Shown here: positions 61,677-64,000 of the stretch, piece by piece
How positions within the stretch are numbered: position 1 is the first letter of the stretch
Layout of the letters: each line of letters begins with the position of its first letter
NCBI GenBank assembly: GCA_018713665.1
Contig: DVOI01000040.1
Location: forward strand, 1,324 to 65,323
Direction of reading: 5' to 3'
From: Candidatus Ornithoclostridium faecigallinarum
GTDB taxonomy: Bacteria > Bacillota > Clostridia > Christensenellales > UBA3700
DNA length: 64,000 nucleotides
Made by a program: the position numbers and the translations under genes
Notes under the pieces: model-generated
Seen by the model: the letters and a program-made list of their open reading frames with translations, nothing else
The model's database searches: none
What the model was told of the DNA's origin: nothing

Positions 61677-63336
61677 TGTCCACCTCGGTGATGATGGGCA
61701 GCACCATCGGCTTTTGTTTGAGCTTGTTGGCGACATACTTGATCACTTGACGCCGTATCGACGCTTTGAGGCGTCCTCTGTCCCTCGCGCCGCGGTAGTT
61801 GACCTTGTCAATCGCCTCGGCGACGACGTCCCTGATCGGCTCGATGAAGTCCTCGCCGATCGTAATGCCCCGGGTGATGACCTCGGGCGGCGCGATTGCG
61901 GACTTGGTCTCCAAGCCCATCGTGACCAGCACGACGACCATGCCGTCGCGGCTGAGCTGCTGGCGGTCCTGCAAGACGAGGTCGTCGACGTCGTTGAGCC
62001 CGTCGACGTAGATGTTGCCGGCGTTGACGTTGTCGCGGCGAACGAGCGAACGCGGTTTGAGTTCGAACACCGCGCCGATCTCGGGGATCGCGATGTTCGA
62101 TTGCGGTATGCCCAATCTTACCGCCAACTCCTCGTGCTGTTTGAGGTGGCGGTATTCGCCGTGCACGGGGATGAAGAATTGCGGTCTGATCAATCGCAGC
62201 ATCAATTTGAGCTCTTCCTTGCACGCGTGCCCGGAGACGTGCAGCTCGGCGAGCGAGCCGTACATCACCCTTGCGCCGCGGCGGTAGAGGTTGTTGATGA
62301 CGGTGTAGATCAACTTCTCGTTGCCGGGTATCGGCGAGGACGAGATGACGATGAGGTCTTTGGGACCGATCGCGACCTTGTCGTCGCCGGACGCCATGCG
62401 CGTCAGCGCGCTCATTGGCTCACCCTGCGACCCCGTCGTGATGATGCAGAGCTCCCCGGGCGCGAACTTGCGGATGTCCTCGATGTCGACGATCGTGCCG
62501 TTGTCCGCCTTCATGATGCCCAGCTTTACGGCGATCTCGCTGATGTTCTTCATGCTTCTGCCGTTGAACGCGACCTTGCGGCGGTACTTTTGGCAGATGT
62601 TGATGATCTGTTGGATGCGGTTGACGTTGGACGCGAACGTGGCTATGATGATTCGGCTGTCGGCATTGCTCTCGACGATGCGTTCAATCGTCTCGCCGAC
62701 CTTGCGTTCGGACATAGTAAAGCCTTCGCGCTCGATGTTGGTCGACTCGCCCAGCATCAGCTTGACTCCCTCGTCGCCAATCTGCGCGAGGCGCGGCAGA
62801 TCTATGCTCTCGCCGTCGATCGGCGTATAGTCCACCTTGAAGTCGCCGGTGAAAAAGATCACCCCGACAGGCGTGCGCACCGCGATTGCATACGCGCCCG
62901 AGATGCTGTGCGTGACGGTGACGAACTCCACCTCAAAGCACCCTATCGTGCGCGTTTCGCCGCCCTTGACGGGGACAAACTTGGGCGAATCGATGCCGTG
63001 TTCTTTGAACTTGTGCTTGACAAGGGCGAGAGTGAGGTCGCTGCCGTAAATCTTGACCTTGTCCAGCCTGTCCTTGACCAAATAGGGCAAGCCGCCGATG
63101 TGGTCCTCGTGGCCGTGCGTGAGCACGACGCCCTTGACCTTGTCGGCGTTTTCGTCGATGTAAGAAAAGTCCGGCGTAATCAGGTCGACGCCCGGCGTCT
63201 CGTATGTCGCGAACATCCCGCCGCAATCGACGATAAGAATGTTGTCGCCATACTCGATCGCGGTCATATTCTTGCCTATCTCCCCCACTCCGCCCAAAAA
63301 GACGACTTTGAGCTGTTTGTTGTTTCTTCTTGACAT
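61669..63336 (-). CDS. rnj: Ribonuclease J
   Basis: Beta-CASP metallo-beta-lactamase with LTHGHEDHIGGL. The start MSRRNNKQLKVVFLGG at 63336 has SD GGAGG. Confidence 0.93.
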   Translation of the reverse strand: MSRRNNKQLKVVFLGGVGEIGKNMTAIEYGDNILIVDCGGMFATYETPGVDLITPDFSYIDENADKVKGVVLTHGHEDHIGGLPYLVKDRLDKVKIYGSDLTLALVKHKFKEHGIDSPKFVPVKGGETRTIGCFEVEFVTVTHSISGAYAIAVRTPVGVIFFTGDFKVDYTPIDGESIDLPRLAQIGDEGVKLMLGESTNIEREGFTMSERKVGETIERIVESNADSRIIIATFASNVNRIQQIINICQKYRRKVAFNGRSMKNISEIAVKLGIMKADNGTIVDIEDIRKFAPGELCIITTGSQGEPMSALTRMASGDDKVAIGPKDLIVISSSPIPGNEKLIYTVINNLYRRGARVMYGSLAELHVSGHACKEELKLMLRLIRPQFFIPVHGEYRHLKQHEELAVRLGIPQSNIAIPEIGAVFELKPRSLVRRDNVNAGNIYVDGLNDVDDLVLQDRQQLSRDGMVVVLVTMGLETKSAIAPPEVITRGITIGEDFIEPIRDVVAEAIDKVNYRGARDRGRLKASIRRQVIKYVANKLKQKPMVLPIITEVDNA

Positions 63337-63374
63337 TTGTCCTCCGCTTGCGCGCATATACTTATTCAAGATAT

Positions 63375-63403
63375 ATTATATATATTATTACCGCGGATGT
63401 CAA
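63375..63403 (-). promoter_or_regulatory. Consensus sigma-A promoter of rnj with an upstream A-tract
   Basis: Reverse strand reads AAAAAAA, TTGACA (63403-63398), 17 nt, TATAAT (63380-63375). Confidence 0.6.
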
Positions 63404-63467
63404 TTTTTTTATCCTTTTGCAAGGCAAGCCGCATGCGCCGCGGCAAAGATGAACTCCGTCGGCAGCC

Positions 63468-63508
63468 GAAAACGGAAAGCGGGAGCCTTTGCTCCCGCTT
63501 TCCTTTTC
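63468..63508. terminator. Bidirectional rho-independent terminator (ends the 63642-63962 gene)
   Basis: ggaaagcgggagc-cttt-gctcccgctttcc is flanked by a T-run on the plus strand and by GTTTTCGG on the reverse strand. Confidence 0.7.
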
Positions 63509-63515
63509 ACCGCCT

Positions 63516-63556
63516 GACGGTTGCCTGCGCCTTAAACGGCGCAGCCGTCATTTTTT
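63516..63556 (+). terminator. Second hairpin plus T7 run, in plus-strand orientation
   Basis: gacggttgcctgcgcc-ttaaac-ggcgcagccgtc followed by attttttg. No plus-strand gene lies upstream of it. Confidence 0.5.
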
Positions 63557-63641
63557 GAAAGGCTATGTCACAACAAACAGTTGATAAATAGCCATTTTTA
63601 TAGGGGAGTATCAGAACTCCCCTACAAACTGTTATTTGCAG

Positions 63642-63962
63642 TTATCTATACTCATTTGGAATTTCGATATGAAGTGTCTCACACAATAACTTCACATCAT
63701 GTGCATCATTTTCATCAAACTCGTATCCCAGATGGAACATTACTTGACTATATGGTTCAATACAGGAAACCTCTATTTCCTCAATTCTTCCTTTACCCGA
63801 AAAAGTTTCTACCGGAAAACAATCCCCATCATAAAGAATTTCACCTTCGTCCGTATATTCAAAACAATGCAAATCAATAATTCTGTTTTTCAAATCTTCC
63901 CATACAGTATGGTTCAATGTTGTATATTCCATCTTAATCTCATAAAAGCCATTAGCTTTCAT
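63642..63962 (-). CDS. Hypothetical protein (106 aa) in an AT-rich right-edge segment
   Basis: Clean ORF in roughly 35% GC DNA: MKANGFYEIKMEYTTLNHTVWEDLKNRIIDLHCFEYTDEGEILYDGDCFPVETF.... No motif recognised. It has the size and composition typical of immunity/accessory genes. Confidence 0.6.
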   Translation of the reverse strand: MKANGFYEIKMEYTTLNHTVWEDLKNRIIDLHCFEYTDEGEILYDGDCFPVETFSGKGRIEEIEVSCIEPYSQVMFHLGYEFDENDAHDVKLLCETLHIEIPNEYR

Positions 63963-64000
63963 TATTTCTATAAAGTTCTGATAATCGTTCTTTTCTACAA

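Overview
High-GC chromosomal segment, visibly around 60% GC except at its two AT-rich edges. It comes from a spore-forming Firmicutes/Clostridia-type organism: spoIVA is present, L27 carries a Prp-cleaved N-terminal extension, and several proteins have Gram-positive lipoboxes. There are about 50 genes, nearly all on the minus strand and tightly packed, with many ATGA/GTGA/TAATG start-stop overlaps.

Gene content, left to right:
- An AT-rich island abuts tRNA-Thr(GGU), and the 3' end of the tRNA is duplicated as a 21-bp repeat.
- Next come nucleoside salvage genes (deoC, pdp), rsfS and a nadD-yqeK fusion.
- A GH95 lipoprotein and a DAHP synthase translationally coupled to copA follow.
- A roughly 15-kb, 13-gene minus-strand operon joins hexuronate catabolism (eda, kdgK, uxaC, uxuA, uxuB-like) to three Gfo/Idh/MocA oxidoreductases, a xylose-isomerase-like TIM-barrel protein, a divergent GDPD-like protein, an (alpha/alpha)6 glycoside hydrolase, a GPH symporter and a lipoprotein. 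A divergent AraC regulator sits beside it.
- After the operon lie a GH38 mannosidase, nadE and a heterodimeric ABC exporter.
- These are followed by an orphan ilvN-like gene, a NYN-domain protein, ogg and a GH2 beta-galactosidase.
- The next block holds rplU-prp-rpmA, uvrC, an ArsR-family regulator and spoIVA.
- A group-B-like [FeFe]-hydrogenase operon and der follow.
- The right end holds a frameshifted cyclophilin, a glycosyltransferase, a U32 peptidase/O-methyltransferase pair, RNase J and an AT-rich right edge.

Most interesting unexplained signals:
1. The 500-bp convergent intergenic region at 39.9-40.4 kb holds two inverted homologous structured elements. Four hairpins keep the loop AGCGCGGT while their stems differ completely.
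2. Two unannotated convergent six-Cys mini-ORFs share a C-CC-C-C-C framework. They lie next to and divergent from the ArsR regulator and share a bidirectional terminator.
3. The Gfo/Idh/MocA plus TIM-barrel module is wired into the uxu/kdg operon.
4. A 30-nt element occurs near-identically at 29.87 kb and 47.86 kb, with a 67-bp tandem repeat at the first site.

All calls rest on reading the sequence and ORF translations by eye. No database search was run.
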